Source of the DNA: Mobula hypostoma
Lineage: Eukaryota
NCBI RefSeq assembly: GCF_963921235.1
Contig: NC_086097.1
Coordinates: forward strand, 186,622,001-186,686,000
Direction of reading: 5' to 3'
Length of the DNA stretch: 64,000 bases
Positions 26,916 to 40,180 of this stretch are shown here, one piece after another. The translations under genes and the position numbers were made by a program. The notes under the pieces are model-generated. The model ran no database searches, was not told where the DNA came from, and was given only the letters and a program-made list of their open reading frames with translations. Every line of letters starts with the position of its first letter. The stretch's first letter is position 1.

Positions 26916-27695
26916 TAACTCAATCATGCAGGTTTATTATCACTGGCATGTGTCGTGAAATTTGTTAACTTAGCAGCAGTACAATGCAATACATGATATA
27001 GAAAGAAAAGTAAATCAATTACAGTAGGTACAAATGTATATTAAATATTGGTTTTGCACTATATTTAATCTATGGATAAAAGTGGGGTAGTGTTCATGAG
27101 TTCAACGGCATTTAGGAATTGGATGGCAGAGGGGAAGAAGCTGTTCCTGAATCACTGAGTGTATGCCTTCAGGCTTCTATACCCGCATCGTGATGAAACA
27201 GTGAGAAAAGGTTTTGTCCTAGGTGCTGGGGGTCTTTAATAATAGATGCTGCCTTTATGAGGCACTGATCCTTGAAGATGTCTTGGATACTATGGAAGTT
27301 AGTATCCAAGATAGATCCTGACCAATTTTATAACTTTGTGTGGCTTCTTTCAGTCCTGTATTGAAGCCGTTCCTCTCCACCCCACCCCCATACCAGTGAT
27401 GCAGCCAGTCAGAATGTTCTTCATGGTGGATCTATAATATCTATAGAAGTTTTGGAGCGTTTTAGTTGACAAACCAAATATCTACAAATTCCTAATGAAA
27501 TATAGCTGCTGTCTTGCCTTCTTTATAGCAGCATCAGTATGTTGGGACCAGGTTAGATCCCTGGAGATCTTGACACCCAGGAACTTGAAATTGCTCTCTC
27601 TCTCTTCACTTATGATCCCTCTATGATGATTGGTTCATGTTCGCTTGTCTTGTCTGTCCTGAAGTCCACATTCAGTTCTTTTGACTTACTGACAC

Positions 27696-28269
27696 CAGAC
27701 ATCCCACCTCTCCCGGAAGTTCCAGGAGTCTCCCGCATATTAATAGTGGCTCACTGATGCCCGCAAGTTATATACAATGTCCTGGAAACCATTTTTTTCG
27801 GGAGAGCGCGCGACCGCAACCACGAGAGAAAGCGCGCGACCACAACCACGAGAGAAAGTGCGCGACCACAACCACAAGAGAGAGCGTGCGACCGCGAGAC
27901 AGAGAGCGAATGTGCGCCATGGCAGAGTGTTCCAAAAAAAGAAATATAAAATGTACTTCACCCCAGACTACCCTAAAGTATACCCCTGCCTAATAGGAGT
28001 CAAAATAATGACAGTGTTGCTCATTGCACTGTTTGCAACAGTGACTTTTCTATTGCCCATGGTGGGTTAAGACTGTAAAACACATATTGAGGTGAGTTTA
28101 ACATTCGTCATTCGTTTATTAGCATAGCTAATGTTATTTAAACTAGCTGGCTAGCTGCTAAGGAGCTACTGTATTGCAGACATCCCACCTCTCCCAGAAG
28201 TTCTGGGAGTCTCCCGCAAATTGACGGTGCTACCTCCCCGAAATGAGTTTTTGCAGGGTGGGATGTCTG
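27696..28269. mobile_element. Non-autonomous DNA transposon, 13-bp TIRs and 6-bp TSD (hAT-like)
   Basis: CAGACATCCCACC...GGTGGGATGTCTG flanked by TGACAC at 27690-27695 and 28270-28275; inserted in Rex1. Confidence 0.85.
27800..27915. repeat. CpG-rich 26-bp tandem repeat (~4 copies)
   Basis: Unit GAGAGAAAGYGCGCGACCACAACCAC inside the MITE. Confidence 0.8.
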
Positions 28270-29587
28270 TGACACTGAGTGCAAGATTATTGTTGTGATA
28301 CCACTCAACTAGCTGGTATATCTCGATCCTGTACACTCTCTCATCTTCACTGAGTTTCTGCCAACAATGGTTGTATCATCAACAAATCTATAGATGGCAT
28401 TTAAGCTATACCTAACCACGCGCTCTATGGTATAGAGGGAGTAGAGCAGGGGGCTAAGTATGCACCTCTGAGGTGTACCAGTGTTGATTGTTGGCAAGTA
28501 GGAGATGTTATTATAAATCTGCACAGATTGTAGTCTTTCTGTTGAGAAGTCGAAGATCCAATCGCAGAAGGAAATCCAGAGGCCCAAGATCTGTAGTTTA
28601 TTGATCAGGACTGTGGGAATGATGGTGTTAAACATTGAGCTATAGTCAACGAACAGCATCCTGACATGGATGTTTGTACTGTCCAGGTGATCTAAGACCA
28701 TGAGAAGAGCAATTGGGATTGTGTCCGCCACATACCTATTAAGGAAATTGGCAAATTGCAGTGGGTCTAGGTCCTTGCTGAGGCAGGAGTTGATTTTGGC
28801 CATGACCAAAGCATTTCATCACTATAGATGTGAGTGCTACTGGATGATAGTCATTAAGGCAGCTCACACTACTCTTCTTGGGCACTGGTATAATTTGTTG
28901 CCTTTTGGAAGCAGGTGGGAACTTCTGACTGTTGCACGCAAAGGTTGAAAGTATCCTTGAGTACTCCCATCAGTTGCTTGACACAGTTTACAGAGCTTTA
29001 CCAGGTACTCCATCAGGGCCTCTGAGACAGGAATCACAGGGTCATCAGCTGCAGCAGGGATCTTCACAGCTGTAGTTATATTCTGCCTTTCAAAGTGGGC
29101 ACAGGTGTTGAGCTCATTGGTGGCATTCATGCTATTGGGTTTCGCTTTGTAGGAGGTGATGTCCTGCAAACCCTGGCAGAGCTGACATGCATCTGATATC
29201 GTCTCTAACCTTACTTGGAATTGTTTCTTTGCTCTTGAAATAGCCCTCCACAAGTTATGCCTGTTTCTTTCTTGTACAGACCTGGTCACCAAACTTGATC
29301 CCACAAATCTAGCTCCTGGTTCATCCACTGCTTTTGGTTTCAGAACGTTAGGCAAGTTTTCATAGGCACATGCTCATCCACACTCGTTTTAATGAAATCA
29401 GTAACAACTGCGGTACACTCGTTCAGACTCAAAGATAAATCCCCGAATACAGTTCAATCCACCAATTCAAAGCAATCCTGTAAGTGCTCCTGTGCTTCCT
29501 TTGTCATACATTCTTGGTCCTCACTAAGAATGAAAGGCTGAAATCTTCAATCTCTGCCTTTACTCCAAAGCCACTACCTCATTAATA

Positions 29588-30240
29588 TCAGAATCAGAAA
29601 TGGGTTTATTATCACCAGCACATGACGTGAAATTTGTTAACTTAGCAGCAGTTCAATGTAATACATAATCCAGAAGAGAAATAAAATAAAAATAATTAAA
29701 TCAATTACAGTATATGTATATTGAATAGATTAAAAACATGCAAAAAAACAGAAATGCTGTATATTTTTTTTAAAAATGAAGTAGTGGCCAAGGGTTCAAT
29801 GTCCATTTAGGAATCAGGTGTCAGAGGTAAAAAAGCTGTTCCTGAATTGCTGAGTGTGTGTCTTTGGGCTTCTGTACCTCCTACCTGATGGTAAAAGTGT
29901 GAAAAGGGCACGCACTGGGTGCTGGAGGTCCTTAATAATGGATGCTACCTTCTGAGACACCGCTCCCTGAAGATGTTCTGAGTACTTTTTAGGCTAGTAC
30001 CCAAGATGGAGCTGACTAAATTTGCAACTCTCTACAGCTTCTTTAAGTCCTGTGCAATAGCCCTCCCCCACCCCACACACCAGACAATGCTGCAGCCTGT
30101 CGGATTGCTCTCCATGGTACAACTATAGAAATATTCGAGTGTATTTGTTGACATGTTAAATCTCTTTAACTCCTAATGAAGTGTCTTGCCTTCTTTATAA
30201 CTACATCAATATGTTTGGACCAGGTTAGATCCTCAGATCT
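29588..30240 (-). mobile_element. Rex1/Babar 3' fragment
   Basis: Second copy resembling 26925-27570, with ATCAGAATCAGA tail. Confidence 0.75.
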
Positions 30241-30884
30241 TCCTGAGATTCCTTCCTAATCTCAACATTTTTCATGTCCTCCTTGTTAAATTCCTGTGTG
30301 AAGTACTTGGCTTAGTATTCCTGCCCAATGTGATGCCTCATAAACGTTAAAAGAACAGACTGTGGTTGGAAGGAGCATAGGAAATCCACCATAACATATG
30401 TGAAGACTGTTTAACACACTCAAGATTATCTATTCCCTAAACACCAAAGAGCCAATCCAATATGAGGCACCACCTGAAAGGATCCCTGGACTGAGATTAA
30501 CATCAATGTACTTCACTTCATCAAACAAAAACTTTCTGACCTAGGTCAAAAGGAAGCTGAAAAGGCCATATATCCATTGTCTAGTTTTAGAACTTTAGTG
30601 AAGATATCAACAAATCTAAATACCTTGATAGTTTGCAAAGAGGAACTTTACATACCTCCAGCCTCATCTCTCTGATCTGGAAGAAGGAGCATACCCCAGA
30701 CATGTCATAATCATGTAAGGAAATGAAACCAATTTCTGGAGCTCTCCAAGTTGGCTGCTAGGAATACCATTGCCAGGACACTACTTAGCTGCCTCTTCCC
30801 AGTGTCTGAATAGAGACTCTCAATGTCAGTGGATGTGATCTTCATCGCCCTCTCGGGGAAATGCAAGGAATAGGATCAACTACA

Positions 30885-32340
30885 ATAAGACCATAAAACA
30901 TGGGAGCAGAATTAGGCTATTTGGTCCATCGAGTCTGCTCTGCCATTCAATCATGGCTGATCCTTTTTTTTCCCCCCTCTTCAACCCCATTCCTGGTCTT
31001 CTCCTCAGAACCTTTGATGCTGTGTCCAATCAAGAACCCATCAATCTCTGCCTTAAATACACTCAACTGCCTGGCCTCCACAGCTCCCTGTGGTAACAAA
31101 TTCCACAAATTTACCACCCCCGGCTAAAGAAATTTCTCTGCATCTGTTTTAAATGGATGCCCTTCTATCCTGAGGCTGTGCCCTCTTGTCATACTTTTCC
31201 CCCCTATCATAGAAAACATCCTTTCTACATCTACTCTGTCTTGGCCTTTTAACATCCAAAAGGTTTCAATGAGATTCCCCTCTGGTCCTCCTAAATTTCA
31301 ATGAGTACAGACCCAGAGCCATCAAATATTCCATGTATGATAACCCTTTCATTCTTAGAATCATCCTTGTGAACCTCCTCTGGACCCTCTCCAATGCCAG
31401 CATATCTTTTCTTGGATAAGGAGCACAAAACCGTTCACAATATTCCAGGTGAAGCCTCACCAGTACTTAATAGAGCCTCAGCAGCACATCCCTGCTCTTG
31501 TATCCAGGACCTCTTGAAATGAATGCTGACATTACACTTCCCTTCCTCACTACCAACTCAACCTGTAGGTTACCCTTTACCTCTCAGATTTTTGGATTTT
31601 CTCCCTGTTTGGAAAATAGTCCATACATTTATTTCTACTTCCAAAGTCCATGGCCATGCATTTTCCAACATTGTATTTGATTTGCCACTTTCTTACCCAT
31701 TCTCCTAATCTAAGTCCTTCTGCATCATACCAACTTGCCTGGATTCTAAGGGCTCTTTTACCTTAAGCTCCCTAATCGCCTCCAGGTCATACATAATGCC
31801 CAATCCAGTATAGCTGATCTCCTAGTAGGCTCAATGACACACTGCTCTAAAAAGCCATCCCATAGGCAGTCAACAAACTCACTCTCTTGAGATCCATTGC
31901 AAACCGGATTTTTCCCAATTGACCCATATGTTAAAATCTTCCTTGACTATCATAACATTGTACTTTTGACTTGGCTTTTCTATTCCTGTTGTAATCTCTG
32001 ATCCACATCCCAGCTACTGTTGGGAGGCCTGTATGTAACTGCCATCAGGGTCCTTTCACCCTTGAATTTTCCTAACTCAACCCATAAGCATTCAACATCT
32101 TCCGATCCAATGTCACATATTTCTACTGATTTGATGCCATTCCTTACCAGCAGAGCCATGCCATCTCATATGCCTACCTTCCTAATCCTCCGATGCACTG
32201 TGTAGCCTTGGATATTCAGCTGCTAACTACAAACATCCTTCAACCACGACTCAGTGATGGCCACAACCTCATACCTGGCAATCTGTAATAGTGGAACAAG
32301 ATCATCCACCTTATTTCTTGTACTCTGTGCATTGTGATAT
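30885..32340 (-). mobile_element. CR1 LINE, internally deleted
   Basis: RLHLEYCERFCAPY..LERVQRRFTRM joined to endonuclease-region remnants. Confidence 0.8.
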
Positions 32341-32489
32341 ATACAAGAATTTTTATGATCTTGTAAAAGCCTTTGATTCTGTCACCTGAGGGAGAAAATG
32401 GAAAACTATTTTTCGAATTTGGTTATTCTTAGAAATTGATTTCCATTGTACAAAGTGTATATCAGAAACATGGAGGAACCATCATGAAC

Positions 32490-34055
32490 TCCTATTTCCC
32501 CTGATTCTCTGAGGCCAATGTGCGAGCAGCCTTCAGCAGGGTGAATCCATGAAAAGCATTCAGCCCAGACAGCGCACCTGGTCAGGTATTAAAGACCTGT
32601 GCTGATCAACTGCCTGGAGTGTTCACTGGGATGTTTAACATTTCACTTTGGAAGTGTGTTGTACCTCCCTGCTTCAATTATAATGGTGCCCAGGAAGAGT
32701 GTTGTGACCTGTCTCAATGACTATTGCCCAGTAAGCCCTTGCATCCACTGTGAGGAAGTGCTTTGTGAGGCTGGTGATGAAACATATCAACTCCTGCCTG
32801 AGAGGTTACTTGGATCCGCTCCAATTTGCCTGCTGGAGCAACAGGTCCACAGCAGATGCTATCTGCTTGGCTCTTCACTCAACCCTGAAACATCTGGACA
32901 GCACAGATGCATACAGCAGGATGCTCTTTACTGAATACACCTAACTATTCAATAATATCACCTGCTCAAAACTAATCAAGAAGCTGCAAGACCTCAGCCA
33001 CAATACCTCCTTGTACAATTGGATTTTGGATTTCCTCACTTGCAGACTCCAGTCAGTTCAGATTGGCCTCAACATCTCTTCTACAATCTCCATCAGCACA
33101 GGTGCACCATGAGGCTGTGTGCTTAGCACCCTTCTCTACTCGCTTTACAATTATAACTGTGTGGCTAAGTACAGCTCCAATGTCATACTCAAGTTTGCTG
33201 AAACTTCATAGGCTGAACTAAAGGTGGCTGAATGAGCATATAGGAGTGAAATCCGGCTGAGTGGTGCCCTTAGTAACAACCTCTCACTCAATGTCAGCAA
33301 GACCAAAGAGCTGATTAATGACTTCAGCAGAAAGATACCAGAGGTCCATGAGCTAGTTCTCATCAGAGGTGGAGAAGGTCAGCAACTTTAAATTCCTGGG
33401 TGTTATTATTTGAAGGGCCTGTCCTGGGCCCAGCACATGCATGTATTTATGCAGAGGGCATGACAGCACCTTTATTTCCTTAGGAGTTTGCAGAGATTTG
33501 GAATGGCATCCAAAACTTTGACAAACTTCTATAGCTGTGTAGTGGAAAGTATATTGACTGGCTGCATCAAAACATGATATGGAAGCAGCAATGCCCAGGA
33601 ACGGAAGATCCTACAAATCATTATGGGTAAAGCCCTCCTAACCACTGAGCATGTCTATATGGAGCATTGTGCAGGAAAGCAACATGTGTCATCAGAGGTC
33701 ATGCTACCATCCAGGTCATGCTGTCTTCTTGTTGCTGCTGTCAGGAAGGCTTAGGTCTCACACTACCAGGTTAAGGAACAGCTACTACTCCTCAACCATC
33801 AGGCTCTTGAACTAAAGAGGATAACTTTACTCAATTTGATATGTTCCCATAACCAATAGACTCTTCATCTCATGTTCTTGGTATTTATTGCTTATTTATT
33901 GTTCTTTTGTCTTCTGCTCTTTGAATGCCCAAGTTGGGCAGTCTTTCATTGATTCTGCAATGATTATTATTCTATAGGTTTATTGAGTATGCCCACAAGA
34001 TAACGAATCATAAGGTTGTATATGGTGACATAAATGTACTTTGATAATAAATTTA
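32490..34055 (+). mobile_element. Rex1/Babar LINE, decayed
   Basis: [25 protein letters not shown], 3' tail AATAAATTTA|CTTTGAACTT split by a mariner MITE. Confidence 0.85.
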
Positions 34056-34679
34056 CGAGGGTTGATTGATAAGTTCATGGCCTAAGGTAGAAGGAGCCAA
34101 TTTTAGAAAACGTAGCACATTTATTTTTCAACATAGTCCCCTCCTACATGTACACACTTAGTCCAGTGGTCGTGGAGCATACGGATCTCTTCTTTGCAGA
34201 AGTGGTCCACAGCAGGGGTGATTGATAAGTTTGTGGCCTAAGGTAGAAGGAGATGAATTATTCACTTCAAACTTTCTGCATTATCACTCAAAGAGTTGAA
34301 CTGCACGTGCATGTAACGAGAGCGTCTTGGACCTCCAGGTGGTCCACAGCAGGAGTGATTGATAAGTTTGTGGCCTAAGGTAGAAGGAGATGGGTTAAAC
34401 AGCTCTTGTTACATGCACGTGTAGTTCAACTCTTTGAGTGAAAATGCAGAAAGTTTGAAGTTAATAACTCATCTCCTTCTACCTTAGGCTACAAACTTAT
34501 CAATCACCCCATGCTGTGGACCACTTCTGGAGATCCAAGACGCCGACTTCTACAAAGAAGGGATTTGTATGCTCCACAGCCACTGGACTAGGTGTGTAAA
34601 TGTTGGAAAAATAAATGTGCTAGGTTTTCTCAAATTGACTCCATCTACCTTAGGCCGCGAACTTATCAATCACCCCTTG
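34056..34679. mobile_element. Mariner-type MITE with TA TSD and internal repeated termini
   Basis: TA|CGAGGGTTGATTGATAAGTT...AACTTATCAATCACCCCTTG|TA. Confidence 0.85.
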
Positions 34680-35456
34680 TACTTTGAACTTGGCTGCATT
34701 ATAATGGTAAAGAGTTGATTCCAACCAATGGTCCACTACAGTTGCAAACCCATTGCAGGCTGGGTCAAGTAATGCTCAATCATAATTTGATCTTTCTTGT
34801 TGCAATATTGCACCTCGTTTCTAACAAGGTTCCCGCTGGAGTGCAACTAACTTGCAGGACAAATGGAAAGCAGTTCAATCGATGTCACCATTCTGCCACA
34901 ACAAGGTAACTTCAGCCTCGGTCACTCAGCTGCAGTATACAAACACTTCATGCACATATATACATGCAACTTATCCCAGAAAGCTTATTTCATTTTTCAG
35001 GAGCCTTCTATTAGCAAAGGAAGTTATTGATAATAACATTTGCTACTATTTCCAATAAGCCTATGTAGCCTACGGCTACAAAATGTGTTTTGAAGACTAA
35101 GGGCAAAACTTAGTATAAATCTCATAATCTAACGAGCAGCAGAAATCTACACCACCGTGTATGCTTCGGAGACTTAGACCACCTGCAATAATCACTGTGT
35201 ACTTTCTCTCCTTTTTCTCCCTACTATGTCACTGGAGATCTGGCACAAAGATTATCTCCACAGAATCCTCCAAGTCATTCAGTTGTACAGCACAGAAAAA
35301 GGCCATTTTTTCACACTCATACCAACTTTTTGACCATTTACACTAATTCCATTTGCCTACATCCTTCTAAGTCTTGTCTATTTGATTGCTGGTCTAAATG
35401 CCTCTTAAACATAATAATTGTATCTGAATCCACCACCTCCCCTGCCAATACATCAA

Positions 35457-36338
35457 TCCACAGATTCTCGATGGTTGCAGCCAAAAAAGTTCAATCTTAA
35501 CTTCATCAGGCCACAGGACTTGTTTCCAAAATGCATCAGGCTTGTTTAGATGTTCCTTTGAATCTTTCAGATAGAACTTTTTGGCCGCAATGAGCAAAGA
35601 CATGTTTGGAGGAAAAAGGGTGCAGAATTTCATGAAAAGAACCCCTGTTAAGCATGGGGGTGGATCGATCATGCTTTGGGCTTGTGTTGCAGCCAGTGGC
35701 ACGGGGAACATTACTGGTAGCGGGAAAAATGAATTCAATTAAATACCAGCAAATTCTGGAAGCAAACATCACACTGTCTGTAAAAAAAAAAAGCTGAAGA
35801 TAAAAAGAGGATGGCTTCGACAACAGGATAATAAACCTAAACACCTCAAAATACACAATAGACTACCTTAAGAGGCGCAAGATGAAGGTTTTGCCATGGC
35901 CCTCACAGTCACCTGACCTAAACATCATCGAGAATCTGTGGATAGACCTCAAAAGAGCAGTGCATGCAAGACGGCCCAAGAATCTCACAGAACTAGAAGC
36001 CTTTTGCAAGGAAGAATGGGCAAAAATCCTCCAAACAAGAACTGAAAGACACTTAGCTGGCTACAAAAAGTGATTACAAGCTGTGATACTTGCCAAAGGG
36101 GGTGTTACTAAGTACTGACCATGCAGGGTGCCCGAACTTTTGCTTCAGGCCCTTTTCCTTTTTTGTTATTTTGAAACTGTAAAAGATGGAAATAAAAAAA
36201 GGTCTCTTGCTTAAAATATTTAAGAAATGTGTCATCTTTAACTTTATGCCTTTTAGAAATCAGTTCATCTTTTACTCGCTTAGCTGTTCAGAGTAACAAA
36301 AATCTTGACCGGGGTGCCCAAACTTTTGCATGCTACTG
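35457..36338 (+). mobile_element. Tc1 transposon 3' half with IR/DR right end and a local inversion
   Basis: VKHGGGSIMLW, QQDNKPKH, WPSQSPDLNIIENLW; DRs GGGTGCCCRAACTTTTGC at ~36126 and ~36312; ends ...ACTG|TA. Confidence 0.9.
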
Positions 36339-36509
36339 TATTTCCTGGCTAGTGTAACTGCAGCCAGCCCACAAATGATAAGATTCATTGACATTCAATT
36401 TACTGTGTTCGAATTTGCACTGGTATCGTTTGAGTGTGGTCTGTAACGATAGGCAGCCATATGGTGTATCATTAAAAACGAAAGCAAATGCTTGTTAGAT
36501 TTGTTTAAA

Positions 36510-36790
36510 AATGCTCTTTGCATCCTATCAGAACAACCCCATTTACTCTACAGTCAATGAAGTTTTTTTGAACATCCATTTAATGATGACAAACTCCTAC
36601 AAACAACACTGTGCCTGTGACCTGAAGTTCATCTGGAGGAACAAATGAGATTCTGATTTGCTGTGTGTGCCATATAAAAGATGACAGGCACACTCCGCAT
36701 TTACCTCTCTGTGTGCTCATATCTGTGGAGTAGGTCTTAAACCTAGCCAGAACTTCCTATTTCAGGTACAAACTGAGCCATATGTGACAT
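36510..36790 (-). mobile_element. Ancient DeuSINE (SacSINE1-like) relic
   Basis: ACAGTCAATGAAGT.., CTCCTACAAACAACA.., GTGCTCA..GGAGTAGGTCTTAAACC..ACTGAGCCA resemble the recalled reverse-strand Deu domain and tRNA head. Confidence 0.5.
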
Positions 36791-38064
36791 TCCCAACATA
36801 AGTTGAGTGCCACATTGAAACTGTGTCAGAGGCAAAATGAAACAAAAAGTTGGATAGGCATCACATTCAGAAGTATTTTCAATGTTATAGATGAATATAT
36901 GGTGATGTCATTATCACGAATTTGTATATAAATACTAGGTATTTTCTAATTTATGACTAAACATCCACAAGAGGGCAGCAAGCATTTCACTGTCAAAGAG
37001 GCCAACCAAATACAAAGTATGAATAAAATGGTGTAATATTTCTCTTACTGTCAGGTTCCATTTCTAGAGTAATTAAAGATAATTCTGAAGACTGAATTTC
37101 CTTATGTTTTTCTTCCTTGTACGTCTACAGCTGGTATATCAAAATTCATTGAATACAAAAGATAAGACATAAACAACAATATTTTGGGATCAATGGATTC
37201 AGTTAATAATAGCTGAATATTTACACCAAAAAGCTAAGAAGATTTAATGATTAAGAGTCAACAGCAAGAAGTTGAATTTTGATCAAATTAAGAATAATTG
37301 TGGTTAATAAGGTAACCATTGAGATCATTGTTAGATATATTTCATCTTATTTAAGACCACATCAAACTAGTTTAATACGTTCAGGAATCTTAAATGATTT
37401 TGCCTTTATTTCTTAGCAGAGATACAAATTAAATAAAATTAGTTCTATCCTATATGCCATAATTTAGTCCAACATGAATTAATGAAAATGAAAAAAATAC
37501 TACTTCATAGGAGGCCGGTGATTGGAAAAAACTTGCAAAGCCAAATGCCTTTTTAAAGAGGTGGTGATAACAAGTTTAAAAAAAAATTGTGGGGTGGATC
37601 CTGAGAAGAGGATTTTTTCACTTAAGTGGCAGGAAGGAAGGGTGTGTTGGGTGAATAATGAAAAAAAAATTGGAAATTGATTGGAAATTAAGATAATGGA
37701 GGCGGGGCAGGGTACTTAAACATTTAATGTTTCATATCCATGGACAGCCATCAGGAAAGCCTGAAATGTGTTATGTTTTACTCTTTCCAGAAAAGCTGTC
37801 TGACTTGATTCTGTCATTTTATGTCAGGCTTCCAACATATGTACCCTACTACTTTCAAAATAAAATATCACAAGTACATTAAAGAAACACTGATACAAAC
37901 AATTAGTGTTTCACTCCAAAACAGCAATGCATGGGTGTTCCCTCATGGTATCATACATAGGATCAAGTTAAAACCAGGGTAAAGCAGGATTAATGCCTAC
38001 AGCAGTTATTTGCACTGAAGGGAGAAATGAAAAAAGAGTAAGGATATGTGTAGAAATGGGAAAA

Positions 38065-38605
38065 CAAGAAATTGTAGTTGATTGAACCTAGAGCAAAAAA
38101 AAACTGCTCGGATAACTCAGTAGATCAAGCAATATTTGTGGAGGCAAAAGTGTTAGTTGATGTTTCAGGCTGAGATCGTGAAACAGCAGCAGGACTGAGG
38201 GTCGGTATATTAAATTTGGTACTGGGGATGGGATAGGAATGGTGAGAGCAGAAAAGGAGGAGACTGATGGAGAGTTGCATGCAAGTGGGTGAGGTAGGGA
38301 GAAAGATGACCTGGCTAAAATGGAAAATTAATTGAACATGCAACTTTCTAATTTCAGGTAACCCAGGCTTTCACTCCCTTTGCTCACCTTTTCCATCCCC
38401 CCCTCCCCCCCCCTTCCACATGGCTCTATCTATCCATTATTCCCCTCTTCATCCGGATCCACCTATCCTTTGACTTTCTGTATTCTGACCACATTTCTTT
38501 CTGCTCCGACATTCCTGAAACTGATGTGGGCTCTCAAGTATCATATATGCCCCCACTGATGCCACTTGACCGGCTCAGTTCTTCCAGCAATTTATTTTCT
38601 GCCGT
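38065..38605. mobile_element. Inverted pair of degenerate Penelope terminal repeats
   Basis: Purine-rich arm followed by its pyrimidine-rich complement ending GATGCCACTTGACCGGCTCAGTTCTTCCAGCA. Confidence 0.55.
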
Positions 38606-39939
38606 GTATAGAATTGAACTAATTTACAAGAAAATAATAGGAGACAGGAGGTTATTAACCTAGAAGGTTGTCATCACAGTGGTCTGATTTGGAACATATT
38701 AATGAAAAAAATAACTGGAACTGTAAGTTTCAAGAACAGGGACACAGTTTGCAATTAATACATTTAATTCAGGGGGCTGCAAATGGCAAACTACATAGTG
38801 GTTTGAGTATACTCGGGGCTTGTAAAAATGTCTGAAAGTGATGAAGGCAAGTTAGGCTTTCAAGTGCAGAAAAAAGGTAATATAGAGCTGAAATGGTGAG
38901 TTTAATCATTTATAAATTATTGTTGTTACCATATTAAAAAACATATGTATATATATTCTGGTTACCACTGCAAATGTGCTGGACAACCAGTAAAGCTGAA
39001 GTAACAATTAGAGAAAAATTAAATTCTGAGCTCAATATCCTTCTTCTGTGCTGCAGTCATTTCTAATAATGGCAAAATATGATCTGAATGAACTCTAGTC
39101 CGAGTTTGTCTGAAGCAGGAAAAGTGTTTGGGAAAATCTTTCTTAGTAGGGTGGGGAGCGTGGAAGTCCTGTCAACAAAATATCTCATAATCAAATAAAA
39201 AATAACCAAGTAGAGTTGGGGTAAAGTTCAAAATATATGGCAGCCTGAAACCAGTATGATGATTCAATCATAATTTAAGTGGACCAGATTTAAGTGCAAA
39301 ATATATAGGCTCATATCTGTGCCTGGCTGGATTCTGAGAAAAGTTTATTCATATAGGCTCACACTTTGCTGCAGTATTGAGAGAATATAGCACAAGTACA
39401 ATTAATGGGCTAGATTCTGCTGAAGTTTGGCCGCTACTCCAGAATTTTTGACATCTGGTTGTGTCTTGATTCTACAATGTAAACAGGAGTATTTCCTGTT
39501 CAGACCAGTTAACTTTGCATCTGGCCCCTCAGTACAAGCTCATTTTTTTTTTACAGGTGTTTGCCAGCTTTCTTTAAAAGGGAAGTGAAAATGTGCATTG
39601 CTTATTTCTCTTTGCATTTTATTATTATTATTATTTTAATTATTTACCAAGTTTAAAATAAATGTGCTATCTTAACTTTAAAGTAATTGCTTCAACTATT
39701 TCTAGAAGTCCAAGATCATCGGAGATAACACAGGCTGTTAGTCAAGCACTCTGGGCTGGATCTAAGTTCATAGCACCTGAGATTTAATTGCCACTTTTTA
39801 CTTCTGAGTACGACTACAGCAGCATGGCAAGCAGCACATTGGGATTGAATGGCTATGTAGGCTAAGTGCAACCAAAGGCAGCTTGCAGAAGGAAAATCCA
39901 AGGCAAGGTTGACTTAAGCAAAATTTGGCTCATTGTTTT

Positions 39940-40180
39940 CCATATGAGAAGTTAAACCAAGGTTTATTATGCTCTCTCAGGCAGATAAAAAAAAAATCCC
40001 AGTACACTATATTGATGGTATGCAATAAAATATTTGTTCCTCAAGCACCACCAATGTATTTGGTCAATACATTGTTTTATTTGTGGAGTCTGCCACAGTT
40101 TAACTGGCTGCTTCAAGTTGCTGCACTTTTAGTGCTTTAGAACTTTCTGAGGTTGTGAAAGATGGCATTTAAATACAAGT
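39940..40180 (+). mobile_element. Ancient DeuSINE relic
   Basis: TTTGGTCAATACATTGTTTTATTTGTGG..TGGCTGC and tail CTGAGGTTGTGAAAGATGGCATTTAAATACAAGT. Confidence 0.5.

Larger units (their letters stand above)
26925..29530 (-). mobile_element. Rex1/Babar LINE, decayed
   Basis: LDPLQFA..RMLFVDYSSMFNTI..TGTPQRCILSPLLYSLYT..RFVDDTTIVG. Confidence 0.85.

Noticed and set aside
27740..28070. Overlapping Arg/Thr-rich ORFs
   Set aside because: Products of the 26-bp minisatellite inside a MITE.
34056..34679. CRISPR-like repeated 38-mers
   Set aside because: Mixed orientations, long self-complementary spacers, TA TSD and vertebrate context identify a MITE.
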